Part shown: positions 19,759 through 29,313 of the stretch, piece by piece
Position numbering within the stretch: the first letter of the stretch is position 1
Layout: each line of letters starts with the position of its first letter
From: a virus
DNA length: 64,000 nucleotides
IMG/VR virus record: IMGVR_UViG_3300042475_005534
Span: 1 to 64,000 of that record
Reading direction: 5' to 3' (one strand)
Notes under the pieces: model-generated
Seen by the model: only the letters and a program-made list of their open reading frames with translations
Databases searched by the model: none
What the model was told of the DNA's origin: nothing
Translations under genes and position numbers: made by a program

Positions 19759-20388
19759 TCAGTGCTGCTCGAGCTGCTGAGCGCCGTTCGGCTGATCAAG
19801 TCTTCCAGGAGGAGGGGTCCGGGACTTACGGCGACTCGAAGAGCTTTGGCGGTTCGCCGGAGTCGGAGATCCGGTCCCGATCCAGGGGTTCAGCACTAAC
19901 GGTGTCTTGACGAGCGTTGCTTCAAGGTGCCTGTTGCTTACAGCGATCAGCCTGGCCGGTGGGTCTTGCTTGTACTTAGATTCCCAGCTGTACTTGGCCT
20001 CCCAGGCTGATTGAAAGACTGCTGCTGGCCTGTCCTCCAGTAGTGGACATGGCGGGTTGTAACGAAACAGGATGCAGCATCCCGTCTGCCATTCGTCATC
20101 AGCTTCTGGATCCCACCAACGGGAAACCCGAAACGGGGTGTCATCCAGATCTCCGTACCCGGGAATCGTCATGTGGACGTCATGCAGAGCCTGAGCCAGG
20201 AAAGCAATCGATGCGCTGACATCGAGCGGCATCTCTTGCCGAGCTTGCACGCAATCTGGAATGGCATGACGCCAAGAAAGCCATCCATCATGGACGATCG
20301 AGCGACTCAAGAGGTACCACCCGTGAGATGGATGGTAGAACTCGTCATCGTCGCTTTCTGCCCAGGGTAGGTGTGGCACTGAGATCAC
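19759..20388 (-). CDS. Hypothetical protein
   Basis: 209-aa ORF coupled to the upstream gene. Confidence 0.5.
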   Translation of the reverse strand: MISVPHLPWAESDDDEFYHPSHGWYLLSRSIVHDGWLSWRHAIPDCVQARQEMPLDVSASIAFLAQALHDVHMTIPGYGDLDDTPFRVSRWWDPEADDEWQTGCCILFRYNPPCPLLEDRPAAVFQSAWEAKYSWESKYKQDPPARLIAVSNRHLEATLVKTPLVLNPWIGTGSPTPANRQSSSSRRKSRTPPPGRLDQPNGAQQLEQH

Positions 20389-21014
20389 TCCGCTCCAGGC
20401 AGTGCGTCGTCGTAATCACGCCTTAAAGAAGCGCGATAGGAATCCTTCCAGCGGCTTTCTCCGCTCCATTGATCGAGAACAACTCGCCCATGGTGTGACG
20501 CTGCTGCATGGAACCTGGCCAGGGACGAATTGAATGCAGTGGAGGGGAACGCACTAGGGAGGTAGACGATCGGGGACCAGTCCGCTGGCGGTACACGAAC
20601 GGCCTCCTCCAGTTCGTCATCCCAGAACTGGGGAGCGAGCCTGCTGAACGGGAAGCAAACTGGAAAGTCCCAGATCCAGGGACATCGCGTAATGACCTCG
20701 TTGGAACCGGGCCAGAGGATGGCCTCCCAGATGTGGCCGGCTCGGTATTCCTCCAGAAGCTTGTTGGCCATGGCCTTACCAAGGGGCACCCCACTGGGAA
20801 CTCCCAGGAAGACACGCTTGCTTCCCGATGGACTCCAGTGGCGCCCTGCTGCAATATCAATGTGGGGCGATCGATCCAGATAGCGAGCGGCCTGGACGAC
20901 ATGGTTCACCTCCGCGGTGCTGTAGGGATCAAGATCAATCCCACCCATGGTGCTTCTAGCGATCTCAATAACAGCCCTTGGTGGTATCAACTCACGCCGG
21001 GGCTGCTGACTCAT
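20385..21014 (-). CDS. Phage DNA adenine methyltransferase-like protein (catalytic motif degenerate)
   Basis: P..VIEIARSTMGGIDLDPYS present; VFLGVP occupies the position of the usual VFxNPPY. Confidence 0.6.
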   Translation of the reverse strand: MSQQPRRELIPPRAVIEIARSTMGGIDLDPYSTAEVNHVVQAARYLDRSPHIDIAAGRHWSPSGSKRVFLGVPSGVPLGKAMANKLLEEYRAGHIWEAILWPGSNEVITRCPWIWDFPVCFPFSRLAPQFWDDELEEAVRVPPADWSPIVYLPSAFPSTAFNSSLARFHAAASHHGRVVLDQWSGESRWKDSYRASLRRDYDDALPGAE

Positions 21015-21202
21015 GGCTGGGGATCCATCACTGGAAGAGTTCCATCCAGTTCGCCCATGATGCGCCGAATCGTCGGACGGTGAATTCGGGCATGCGTGCC
21101 ATGGTTCCAATCGCTTCCATGGCAAAGGCCGTGGATCGCTTCGTAGAGCTCCTTGGGAATAAGGATATTTCCATCATCCGTTGTAAACGTATTGGAACTC
21201 AT
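21011..21202 (-). CDS. Hypothetical protein
   Basis: 63 aa with 4-bp overlaps on both sides. Confidence 0.55.
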   Translation of the reverse strand: MSSNTFTTDDGNILIPKELYEAIHGLCHGSDWNHGTHARIHRPTIRRIMGELDGTLPVMDPQP

Positions 21203-21642
21203 ACCGTGAGTCTCTCCTGCAGCTCCTGGATTCCCTTGGCTGGATGATCTCGGGGGATAGGAAGCAAGCTGCTTTGGCTGTTGTCAATCAACATGAGCAG
21301 GACCTTCTCCTTGAAGTTGGCAGCTTCGATTTCCTTGATCAGGGATTCAAGCATCTGATGGATGTCGATCTGGTCAAGGCTTTTGGCAACTTTGAGGTCA
21401 GCTTGAAAATCATCAATCGTGAGGTAGTAGGCCGCTGAGCCCTTGTTGGCCAAATTGATGCACATGATGCCAGGTCCCTGTTTTTCGTAGAACCGATCGA
21501 AATGCTTGATGTGGTCCGCGAGGATCACTTCACAGGCCCTGGTATTGAGGGCGATTTGCTCCTCCGTATCGGCCTTCGTGAGCGTGTCGCCAAGTTCCTG
21601 GAAGAAGCTCTTGAGCAGGGTGGCGCGATCGGGTCTCTTCAT
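21199..21642 (-). CDS. Hypothetical protein
   Basis: 147 aa, translationally coupled. Confidence 0.6.
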   Translation of the reverse strand: MKRPDRATLLKSFFQELGDTLTKADTEEQIALNTRACEVILADHIKHFDRFYEKQGPGIMCINLANKGSAAYYLTIDDFQADLKVAKSLDQIDIHQMLESLIKEIEAANFKEKVLLMLIDNSQSSLLPIPRDHPAKGIQELQERLTV

Positions 21643-22439
21643 GGGGCAAGCCGGGCTTTGCCCTGGCGGTTAGCTGAGTACCAATTGGCAATCTCGGGAA
21701 TCCAATTTCGAATGGCGCCAGTCAGAAGTTCCATAGCCCAGCGAATTTCGTACTGAGCATCTGGCTTGAGGCGCACATCAAGCAGGTGCAACCACATACG
21801 AGCATTCATGGTCAGAAAAACATTCTGGAGAAAGGCTCCCGGCAAAACCTGCCTGGCGTGCTCCTCTGATATCCCCTGCCTTCTAAGTTCGTGATACTGG
21901 TGGCAAGCATTCTGGTAGACGATGGCCAGCTTGGCGTTGTCATGCTTGCTCCAGAGATATGGGTCCCCTTGGCGATCCCTGTAGGTGCCAGGGGGCCGGA
22001 AATGGAAAGCTTCCTGAACCGGGAGCGCACCAGTGGCGACATCAATAAAGCGCTGCCCTGTGTATCGATTGGACTGAACATCGAAAGAGGCAATGCGATG
22101 CGTCCTTAGTTGAACCATCGTGTCGTGATCCACTTGGAGTAACACCGATAGATGGGCGTGCTCCAGGGGGCCGTAATGTCCGCGCTCTCCCTTAAGCAGA
22201 CGGCGAACAACAATTTCCCCGCAGCGGTCCTCAGGCAAATCGGTATCCCAGACAGGGACTTCCGAGTAATCGTTGTGAAGAGCAAGGTAGATACGCCGCT
22301 GCGGCATATCACCTGTAGGTCCTATCACCCACAGCTTGAAGGGATTTTCTGATTTGGGCGGAACAGGTAGGGGCGCAAGGGCAACCTCCCCGTCTGGGGT
22401 GGTTTCCATGAGCCACTCTGGGGCGGGCGCTGCAGTCAT
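21639..22439 (-). CDS. thyX: Flavin-dependent thymidylate synthase
   Basis: GHYGPLEHA, QLRTHRIASFDVQSNRY, EHARQVLP, AQYEIR. Start uncertain. Confidence 0.92.
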   Translation of the reverse strand: MTAAPAPEWLMETTPDGEVALAPLPVPPKSENPFKLWVIGPTGDMPQRRIYLALHNDYSEVPVWDTDLPEDRCGEIVVRRLLKGERGHYGPLEHAHLSVLLQVDHDTMVQLRTHRIASFDVQSNRYTGQRFIDVATGALPVQEAFHFRPPGTYRDRQGDPYLWSKHDNAKLAIVYQNACHQYHELRRQGISEEHARQVLPGAFLQNVFLTMNARMWLHLLDVRLKPDAQYEIRWAMELLTGAIRNWIPEIANWYSANRQGKARLAP

Positions 22440-22533
22440 GAGGAAGTCAATACGGGGGTGAGGCCCGGATGATTCACATGGCACAACGTACTCTAAAGCG
22501 CGCAATCGTGCAAGCTATGTCTTGCAGTCTCAA

Positions 22534-23178
22534 TCACTCGGACTCCAGGGGTCCTTCCACTCTCTGCCTGATCCATTCGGCATTGGCTCGCTCAAGCCTG
22601 GCGAATGCGGCTGGAGAACAGTCACGAGCAGCCTCGATGTAGGACTGGGTGTCAGAGACCAGGACGGAGGCGGCAGGGAATAGTTTGATCGTGGCCAATT
22701 TCCTGTTGGCGTAAAAGTGTGGGACCCCTTGCACTCGAATATGCAACGGGTTGCAACAGAAGGGATTCTCACAGATGTTCTTAACCGGCAGCCTTCCGAT
22801 GTCGCCCCATGTGAACCAAGTGGCCACACGAGGCGCAGAGTATTGACGGCCTCCACCCCAATGCCTCTTAAGGCGGAAGTAGGTGGAGCTGCCGTCCTTG
22901 TAATAGGAGCCCTGCCAGTCCCAGCACTCCATTGGGTCACTGATGTCCACGAGGGACCAGAACTCAAGAAATCTCTTGCGGAACTGTGGATGAATCCGTG
23001 GCAGGCTTAGCTCTACTCGTCCCTCAGTGAGGGCCCCGATGCAGCGGACGCAAGCGTGGCTGTCGTCGTAGCGGGGAATCTGACCGTCCAGGGATCCATG
23101 GGAGTGATCCAGGAATGGACACAGTGGACCTTGGATGATCCTGCTGTGGAGATCGTTAGGAATTTTCCAGCGTGGCAT
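22534..23178 (-). CDS. HNH / zinc-loop endonuclease-like protein
   Basis: FWSLVD...ECWDWQG...APRVA.W...VKNICENPFCCNPLHI. Confidence 0.7.
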   Translation of the reverse strand: MPRWKIPNDLHSRIIQGPLCPFLDHSHGSLDGQIPRYDDSHACVRCIGALTEGRVELSLPRIHPQFRKRFLEFWSLVDISDPMECWDWQGSYYKDGSSTYFRLKRHWGGGRQYSAPRVATWFTWGDIGRLPVKNICENPFCCNPLHIRVQGVPHFYANRKLATIKLFPAASVLVSDTQSYIEAARDCSPAAFARLERANAEWIRQRVEGPLESE

Positions 23179-23413
23179 GGTGTTGCAGTCGGGAGACAGC
23201 GTGCATGGAGGGAGACTTGAGCCCGTCCCAAATGACATGGGCGTAATTCACGCAAACGCCTGATTTGCCATGCATGGAGACGGTGGCAACAATCCTGCCA
23301 ATTCGCCGGCTGAAGCGCTTGCCCTTCTCTAAAGAGGAAGGCGCAAGATGCCCGCCTGGGTTCGGGCGTTCGATGACCCTGTCACCTGCAGTAAAAACGC
23401 TTCCTTTGGTCAT
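23156..23413 (-). CDS. Hypothetical protein
   Basis: 85 aa, FTAGDRV...HVIWDG. Confidence 0.5.
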   Translation of the reverse strand: MTKGSVFTAGDRVIERPNPGGHLAPSSLEKGKRFSRRIGRIVATVSMHGKSGVCVNYAHVIWDGLKSPSMHAVSRLQHHATLENS

Positions 23414-23697
23414 TTGGCATCATCCGATGGAATCATTGGGTAGCCCTTTGGAGGCTTGAACGATCCGCCAAGACTCTCTAGCTGTTTCTCCTGCGGGAGA
23501 GGCTCGAAGTCGGTTAGTCGCCATGTTCGCGGTCTGCCATCGGTACATCCTTCTGGGATGACATCGATAACTGGAATGCCAGACTCCATGCGCTCTGCCC
23601 CTGTAACAATTGCAAGGCGCCCTCGCCCATCAAGGTTGGTCCGTCGAACTCTTTGGTGCATGGGATGGTTCGAGTTGGTGTTCACCACAGATTTCAT
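23410..23697 (-). CDS. Hypothetical protein
   Basis: Coupled ORF in the operon; start uncertain. Confidence 0.45.
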   Translation of the reverse strand: MKSVVNTNSNHPMHQRVRRTNLDGRGRLAIVTGAERMESGIPVIDVIPEGCTDGRPRTWRLTDFEPLPQEKQLESLGGSFKPPKGYPMIPSDDAK

Positions 23698-24217
23698 AAT
23701 GCGCGCCAAAGATAGCGTCGAACTGTTCTCTGACCAAGAGGACACCTGCTTCTGCGGCCATTGAGCGAATCAGTCGACGAGCATCTTCCCGTGATGCGGG
23801 GATTTGATAGTCAGGCTCAACAATCACCGACACCCCTGCAGCAATTAACAGAGATGCGTCGTGGCATGAATTGAGCATGGGCCAGCAATACACGGTGCTG
23901 CCTCGCAGGGAGGCCCCATGCAAGGCCGCGTGAGAAACCAGGGCTGCTTCCGCACCGAGGTGCATGCCATCCCAACAGGCAAAATCTGCCTCCCTGGCAG
24001 CTGAATTGTTGACACAAGGAGGAAAGCCATCAACAGCTGCGGCAATGATTTGCCCATCTCTTCTGGCTAGAGCAGAGGATGCCCTAGTCCGACGCCGAGT
24101 TGCTGAAAGACCAATCAGGTCTCGAGCCATTCGAAGCCAGAACTGATTGGCATTCGTGGACTCAGGAGGAAAGGCGGCTCCGGGCAGCCTCACGTCCAAT
24201 TGAAAATCAGGCATCAT
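23630..24217 (-). CDS. dCMP deaminase-like protein (zinc ligands degenerate)
   Basis: DGQIIAAAVDGFP, GAEAAL, GASLRGSTVY, SCHDASLLIAAGVSVIV align by eye to the dCMP deaminase pattern. Confidence 0.65.
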   Translation of the reverse strand: MMPDFQLDVRLPGAAFPPESTNANQFWLRMARDLIGLSATRRRTRASSALARRDGQIIAAAVDGFPPCVNNSAAREADFACWDGMHLGAEAALVSHAALHGASLRGSTVYCWPMLNSCHDASLLIAAGVSVIVEPDYQIPASREDARRLIRSMAAEAGVLLVREQFDAIFGAHYEICGEHQLEPSHAPKSSTDQP

Positions 24218-25098
24218 GAGGCCTTCGTGATGGATAGAGCGTCTTCGATATAGGCAAGAGCAAGGTCCTCAGCAGGGGTATTCAGGTTTAGGGCTTGGCG
24301 ATGCATCCCCTTGGTGTAGATAGTGTATCCCCGGGGAATGGAATAAAGGTGATTAGCCTTTCCAAGAACAGAAGCCATAGAAGGGCAGGCCTGCTGCACT
24401 TCGTCCTTCAGTAAAAAATTGACCGTGGCCTCGAGGTCGTCCAGGGAGCCATCATTGACAATCCGGAGATTGAATCGGGGGTAATTCCTTAGGCGCCCTT
24501 CACTTGCATGAAAGCGGGATCGCCAGCGCCTAGGGATGAGGCGAGACGCCCAGCTGAGCCACTCCGGCAGTGGGTGATGACGAGGCGTCCCAGGGCGGAT
24601 GATCTCCCAAAGCTGACCGCCCAGCCGGAGGATTGTGTCGGCTTCATCCGGAAAACGGACATCATCCGCGACAACCCGCAAGTCGGCCAACTCCGGGAAA
24701 TGAACGCCGGTCATGGGATGGGATCGAACGTTGAGGTAGATCTGGTACGTGTTCTCCCAACAAAGAAGCCAAAGTCGGCGATTGATCTTCTTTCGCCCCC
24801 AGTCGGTGCCAAGGGTCTGGAGGATATGACGCCCCGTGACACCAAGTTCTGGAATGACTTTTGCTTTGTTCTCGTAGAGATACTCCTCTGCATCTGCAGG
24901 TAGAACACCAGCATTGATCAAAACACCCAAGGCGCACTCCTTGATAGGGCCGGCAAATGGCTCACAGATGAAACCATGGTAGATATCCAGGATTTCAGCA
25001 ATAGCACTTTTGCCGGATCCGGGCGCGTGCGACACCAAACCGATGAGAGGCGGCTTGGCGCGAGCTGGATGGCTGGACTGATTCGTGGTCATCATCAC
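24214..25098 (-). CDS. Deoxynucleoside monophosphate kinase
   Basis: LIGL..APGSGKS, FAGPIK, RHILQTLGTDWGR, DDVRFPDEA, HASE, IVNDGSLDDL. Confidence 0.88.
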   Translation of the reverse strand: MMMTTNQSSHPARAKPPLIGLVSHAPGSGKSAIAEILDIYHGFICEPFAGPIKECALGVLINAGVLPADAEEYLYENKAKVIPELGVTGRHILQTLGTDWGRKKINRRLWLLCWENTYQIYLNVRSHPMTGVHFPELADLRVVADDVRFPDEADTILRLGGQLWEIIRPGTPRHHPLPEWLSWASRLIPRRWRSRFHASEGRLRNYPRFNLRIVNDGSLDDLEATVNFLLKDEVQQACPSMASVLGKANHLYSIPRGYTIYTKGMHRQALNLNTPAEDLALAYIEDALSITKAS

Positions 25099-25358
25099 TC
25101 CTGAAATGAAATGTTTACAGTTATCTGGTAGGGAACCGCATCATACAAACTGTCGCGGCATTTCCCTTCGCCTAGCGGTTCTTCGCTTGCGCTGTCTGAA
25201 ACCGTTTTCGGTTCCGTGTATGGAATGAAAGGGGTACCTATACGGATGTCATCCCATTTCCTAATGGCAAAGCAATCCTTGAGTACCCCGTACACGATCA
25301 CGTCGCCATCACCGTCCCCATCCTCCTTGGTTGGCGCTCGATGAGTAATCCAGCTCAT
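25095..25358 (-). CDS. Hypothetical protein
   Basis: MSWITHRAPTKEDGD; coupled. Confidence 0.5.
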   Translation of the reverse strand: MSWITHRAPTKEDGDGDGDVIVYGVLKDCFAIRKWDDIRIGTPFIPYTEPKTVSDSASEEPLGEGKCRDSLYDAVPYQITVNISFQE

Positions 25359-25687
25359 TGGTCCGCCTCGCATGAATCTGACCAGAGCATGCATGCAAGC
25401 TCCTTGTGCTGGGCTGGCATGTCCTCCGGTCCTTCCCAAATCACCTCACTGGCAGAGAGGCCGTCGGCCTCCCTCATGCGCGTTGCTATCCACTGATCAA
25501 TGCTCCATTCAGTATTGGCCTGCGTGCACATCTGCCGCGCCTTGGGGGCGTTAGTGGCGTAGGCAATGACATGAAAATCCAAGTTCCGAGGGGAACAGGA
25601 GTAAGCCCTGAGTCGCCGTTGGGTGATCGATAGCCGGCTGCGACCAGGCTTCGCGTGGCTCGCTTTGGTTGCTTTGGCCATGATCAA
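25355..25687 (-). CDS. Hypothetical protein
   Basis: 110-aa coupled ORF. Confidence 0.5.
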   Translation of the reverse strand: MIMAKATKASHAKPGRSRLSITQRRLRAYSCSPRNLDFHVIAYATNAPKARQMCTQANTEWSIDQWIATRMREADGLSASEVIWEGPEDMPAQHKELACMLWSDSCEADQ

Positions 25688-26007
25688 CCCTCCACGTCGG
25701 CGCCGGAGCCAACAGCTTGAACGGCAATGCTTTCGACAACGTTGGGCTTCCAGCCGGACTCCCAGATCTCCCTGGCGCGAGTCATGAGTTGGTCACGGGT
25801 GAGGAACCCCCACCGCTTAGCGATAGACCTGAGGCGATCAAGGAGATCTCCTGAGAGGAGAGAGCCCTCGTAACGCAGGACAAGACGGGCTGCATGAGCG
25901 ATGTCGGCCTCACAAGGAGTGCCTGCTTGTTCAAGGGAGAGGACGATCTGCCTGTCGATGCCGTCCATTGGATGGCCGCCTGTGGCTGTGGTTCCAGCAG
26001 GATTCAT
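25684..26007 (-). CDS. DUF3288-like protein
   Basis: HP...IDRQIV.SL...AARL.LRYEG...WG.T...L...AREIW...GSG. Confidence 0.6.
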   Translation of the reverse strand: MNPAGTTATGGHPMDGIDRQIVLSLEQAGTPCEADIAHAARLVLRYEGSLLSGDLLDRLRSIAKRWGFLTRDQLMTRAREIWESGWKPNVVESIAVQAVGSGADVEG

Positions 26008-26119
26008 GGGGTGAAGGTCTGGCGTGCGGATTGTAAGCCTTCTGACGCAGATGGGCAATGGTTTGGTATGTAAAGAGCCGGCGGGGTGCCTATCAGGAGG
26101 CTTCCCAGAATTTGGAAAA

Positions 26120-26470
26120 GTACATCTTGATACAGTGCCGCGAGTGCCTTCGAGCTTGACACGGGCAAAACGACTGGGGCGGAAGGAGTTTGACGAGGTG
26201 TGTCAAGGTCGTCAAGCTTTTCCTATACCTTCCTAGGGAAATTCCCTTATTCCAGGAAATCCCTTGTCAGCACTGTCTTGTCAAGGATAGCAAGAATTCA
26301 ACGAGCTAGGCAAGGAAAAAAGCTTGACACCAAGGGGAACCCAGCAAGAGAGACCTTGGAATTTATTTTTCCCAGAAAAGGTTTGGAGAAAGCTTGACAC
26401 AGCCAACACCGCAGCTCAAACCCCTTGCCACAACAGGCGTTTCCCCGTGTCAAACCCCTTGACACGCAGG
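26120..26470. repeat. Non-coding region with repeated CTTGACAC (origin candidate)
   Basis: Copies or variants in both orientations at ~26126, 26155, 26200, 26210, 26278, 26323, 26393, 26447, 26458; directly downstream of the primase/helicase gene. Confidence 0.6.
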
Positions 26471-26577
26471 CGGCAAGTGGGGACATTCCGGGCGGTAGTC
26501 CAGCGAGTCTCACCCGCAAGCAAGAAAAAGCCCCGCAAGACGCGTCTGACAGGATGCAACACAGGTAGTCGCAGGGG

Positions 26578-29061
26578 CTACCAGTCGAGCGGAATGTCGC
26601 TCTTCTCAGAGGGCTCTAACTCCGTGTTGGGATCGTCAGGGTCGCCCTCCATCCAGTAGTTCTGAGGATTCCGTTTGCCTGGAGGTCTGATCCGGACCTT
26701 TCGCAGGCCCAGCCTCTTGAGGACATCACCGATCGGCTGCCTCACTCTGTGGAAGTCTTTTTCCTCGATGCTCAAGTGCTTGCAGATATCAGCCATCAAG
26801 TAGGCGGGTCGCCCCATGTGGATCGTGCTGGGATGGAGCTGCAGGACCCTGGAGACGGCATCCATCAATGGGTCGTCCACCATGAAGTTGGTCATGTACT
26901 CCTCCACCTGGCTGATCTCGTCAGAGCTGAAGCCATGGGGCTCGCCATCGAGGTAAGCCTTTCGAGCAGCAGACCAGATGGCATCCCGATCGGTTTTGAC
27001 TTTGTCGAGGTCGATGATCAGGTTCTTCTCGCTGCGAGGGGCGAGAACCTTGCCGGTAACTCGGATGGGAAGAAACCTCCGATTTCCGGTGGGATCCAGC
27101 ATGAAGCTGTCATGGTTGGTGTTGCCCGCCAGGACGAAGGATCTGGGATAGGACCTTTCGTTTTGGTATTTGGGAGCGGATCTGTCGGTGGCTACTGAGA
27201 CGAGGTTCTTGAGTTCTTCGACGTAGCGGCGCTCAAAGAAGCGGTCGCATTCATCAAGGAGGACAACCCAGCCTGCATGCAAGACGTGGGGCCTGTCCTT
27301 GAGGTAGCCGATCCCCTGCTGCACGGTGGCGCACATGGGGTAGCGATTGAGGTGGTCCGGCGGGGTGAGGTATTGGAAGAAGAAGGACTTGCCCTTGTTC
27401 TGGTCACCGATGAGGATCATCATCCAGCTGTGCTCACAGCCAGGTTCAGTGGCCCGGGCAATGGCGCCAATCAGGAATCGCTGCAGGATGACATTGGCCA
27501 GCAAGCGGCCATCAGGGAGTCGGGGGTTGAGGATCTCGTCGTAGGACACCCCGAGGAGTTCTTCTGCGATGGTGTCCCAGTAGGGAGCAGGTGCAGTGGC
27601 AGCGCAGGATTCCAGGTAGTCAGTAACTGGGTTGTAGCGCCGCTCCCATGCCTCCACCTGGAGGATGTCGTGAACGCCACCCTTGGGATAGAGGTCCCCC
27701 TTGCGCCCTCTGGAAATACGGGTGTAGACAGTGGAGGGGTCGGGAACTTCAGTGATGCCGTCCTTGCCGTCGTATTCGATGGTCTGGGTCAGGACGTTCA
27801 GTCGCAGGCCTGGATAGAAGATGCGGATGCGATCCAGGATCTCGTCAGCGGCTCCACCTGCTGATTTGTCCTTGCTACCTGTGGGGCGGCCTCGGCCTCT
27901 TTTGGGCGGAGGAGTGACGGGGTCTGGACTGACGTCGCCGTAACTGATGGTTTCGAAATCGTCATCGAGCTGCGATTCGATTCCTGCGTCATCAAAGGGC
28001 GGCGGCTCGGGCATGGGTAGATCGCTGTCTGCAGGTGCGGGACTGGAGGAATAGGAGGCGCCCCACTCCAGGAGGGATGGGGTGGAAGCTCCCAGGACGG
28101 GATCATCTGGGTCGATCTCGTGGAGACCCAGGAAATCCTGGTGGGAGTAGCCAGCTACACCTGGGATGCCGGCATCGCTGTATTCACTGCGGAGATGATC
28201 AGGCAGGTGCTTGCGCCAGCTGGGGTCCTGCTCTCCCGCCAAAAAGAAGAGAGTCGCCAAGGTGGTATTGCCAGAGAAGCCGCGGAAGAAGCGCTCGCTG
28301 GTTTGCCGGCGATTCTTGCCCTGGCCGTGGTGACCGCGGGAGGCCCAATCGGACCAGACCCCATAGAGAGCGTCACCAACGGATGCTGCTGCTGCTGTGA
28401 TGCGGATGAAGAGATGCCGCTCGCCGTCAGCGGTGGGACTGATGACGTTCTGCAGAACCCATTCCGCCTGGGCAATGGAGATGGGATCTGCCTCCTCTGT
28501 AGCCTGCCGGCGACGCTTGAGGTCCTCTTGTAGCTGTTCCCGTGCTGCATTGATAATGGCTTCTGGGAGTGTGGCTTCTGGGTGGAGGAGTTTTTGGGTA
28601 CCGCCGGAATAGCTATAGAAGATGCGGCAGGGGTCTGAGCAACTCTTGTCGCTGCCAAGGGTGCCGATCAGCTGGGTAACGACGGCTTTGTAGAGCTCGG
28701 GGTCGTCGATGCGGCAAGGGAGACGGAAGACCACCCGGAAGCGATTGGCTCCGGCTCGAGGCTGATGACTGGCGGTTGTGTAATAGAGGAGGGCGGAGGC
28801 AGCGAGCTCATGGGCCAGGAAGTCCTCCAAGTCCATGCCGTAGTCGATGTCGACCACTGCCAGATCTGCGTACTTGAAGGCGGACGTGGTGCGGTGGGTT
28901 GAGCTCATGGCAGCAGCAATCCAGCCAGTGCCCGCCCGGATCAACTGGAGGAGGCCGTCGCTATCGACTGTTCGCTGCTGCCAGTTACTGCCGTACTCCT
29001 CACGCCAGGCTGGCTTGTCGTGGATTGCCGGGTTGAGTGAGATCGGGAAGGATGGCGGCAT
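26578..29061 (-). CDS. Primase - VapE/VirE-type helicase fusion
   Basis: N-terminal VVDID / TTASH / RFRVVF primase-like motifs, PriCT-like W.DW region, Walker A GDQNKGKS, Walker B VLLDE, FMLDPTGNRRF. Confidence 0.88.
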   Translation of the reverse strand: MPPSFPISLNPAIHDKPAWREEYGSNWQQRTVDSDGLLQLIRAGTGWIAAAMSSTHRTTSAFKYADLAVVDIDYGMDLEDFLAHELAASALLYYTTASHQPRAGANRFRVVFRLPCRIDDPELYKAVVTQLIGTLGSDKSCSDPCRIFYSYSGGTQKLLHPEATLPEAIINAAREQLQEDLKRRRQATEEADPISIAQAEWVLQNVISPTADGERHLFIRITAAAASVGDALYGVWSDWASRGHHGQGKNRRQTSERFFRGFSGNTTLATLFFLAGEQDPSWRKHLPDHLRSEYSDAGIPGVAGYSHQDFLGLHEIDPDDPVLGASTPSLLEWGASYSSSPAPADSDLPMPEPPPFDDAGIESQLDDDFETISYGDVSPDPVTPPPKRGRGRPTGSKDKSAGGAADEILDRIRIFYPGLRLNVLTQTIEYDGKDGITEVPDPSTVYTRISRGRKGDLYPKGGVHDILQVEAWERRYNPVTDYLESCAATAPAPYWDTIAEELLGVSYDEILNPRLPDGRLLANVILQRFLIGAIARATEPGCEHSWMMILIGDQNKGKSFFFQYLTPPDHLNRYPMCATVQQGIGYLKDRPHVLHAGWVVLLDECDRFFERRYVEELKNLVSVATDRSAPKYQNERSYPRSFVLAGNTNHDSFMLDPTGNRRFLPIRVTGKVLAPRSEKNLIIDLDKVKTDRDAIWSAARKAYLDGEPHGFSSDEISQVEEYMTNFMVDDPLMDAVSRVLQLHPSTIHMGRPAYLMADICKHLSIEEKDFHRVRQPIGDVLKRLGLRKVRIRPPGKRNPQNYWMEGDPDDPNTELEPSEKSDIPLDW

Positions 29062-29313
29062 TCGGCCGAGGGAGACTGGAGGGTCTTAGGGCTGCTTAGC
29101 TAGTCTGGCGCCTTGCGTGACTTGTTTTGCAGCACAGGCGCGAAGGCTACTGGGGATCGGGGAAGTTCGCCAGATGTGGTTTATTAAATCTTGCATAAGG
29201 GATTTAATGTGCAAAAGTTTAAGCAGAACTATCTCAGAAGCGCAGCCCGACTGGGCGTGAGCGATTGACAGGTGCTACTGTCCGATCTCGCTCAATACGC
29301 AAGGTAGGACCCA

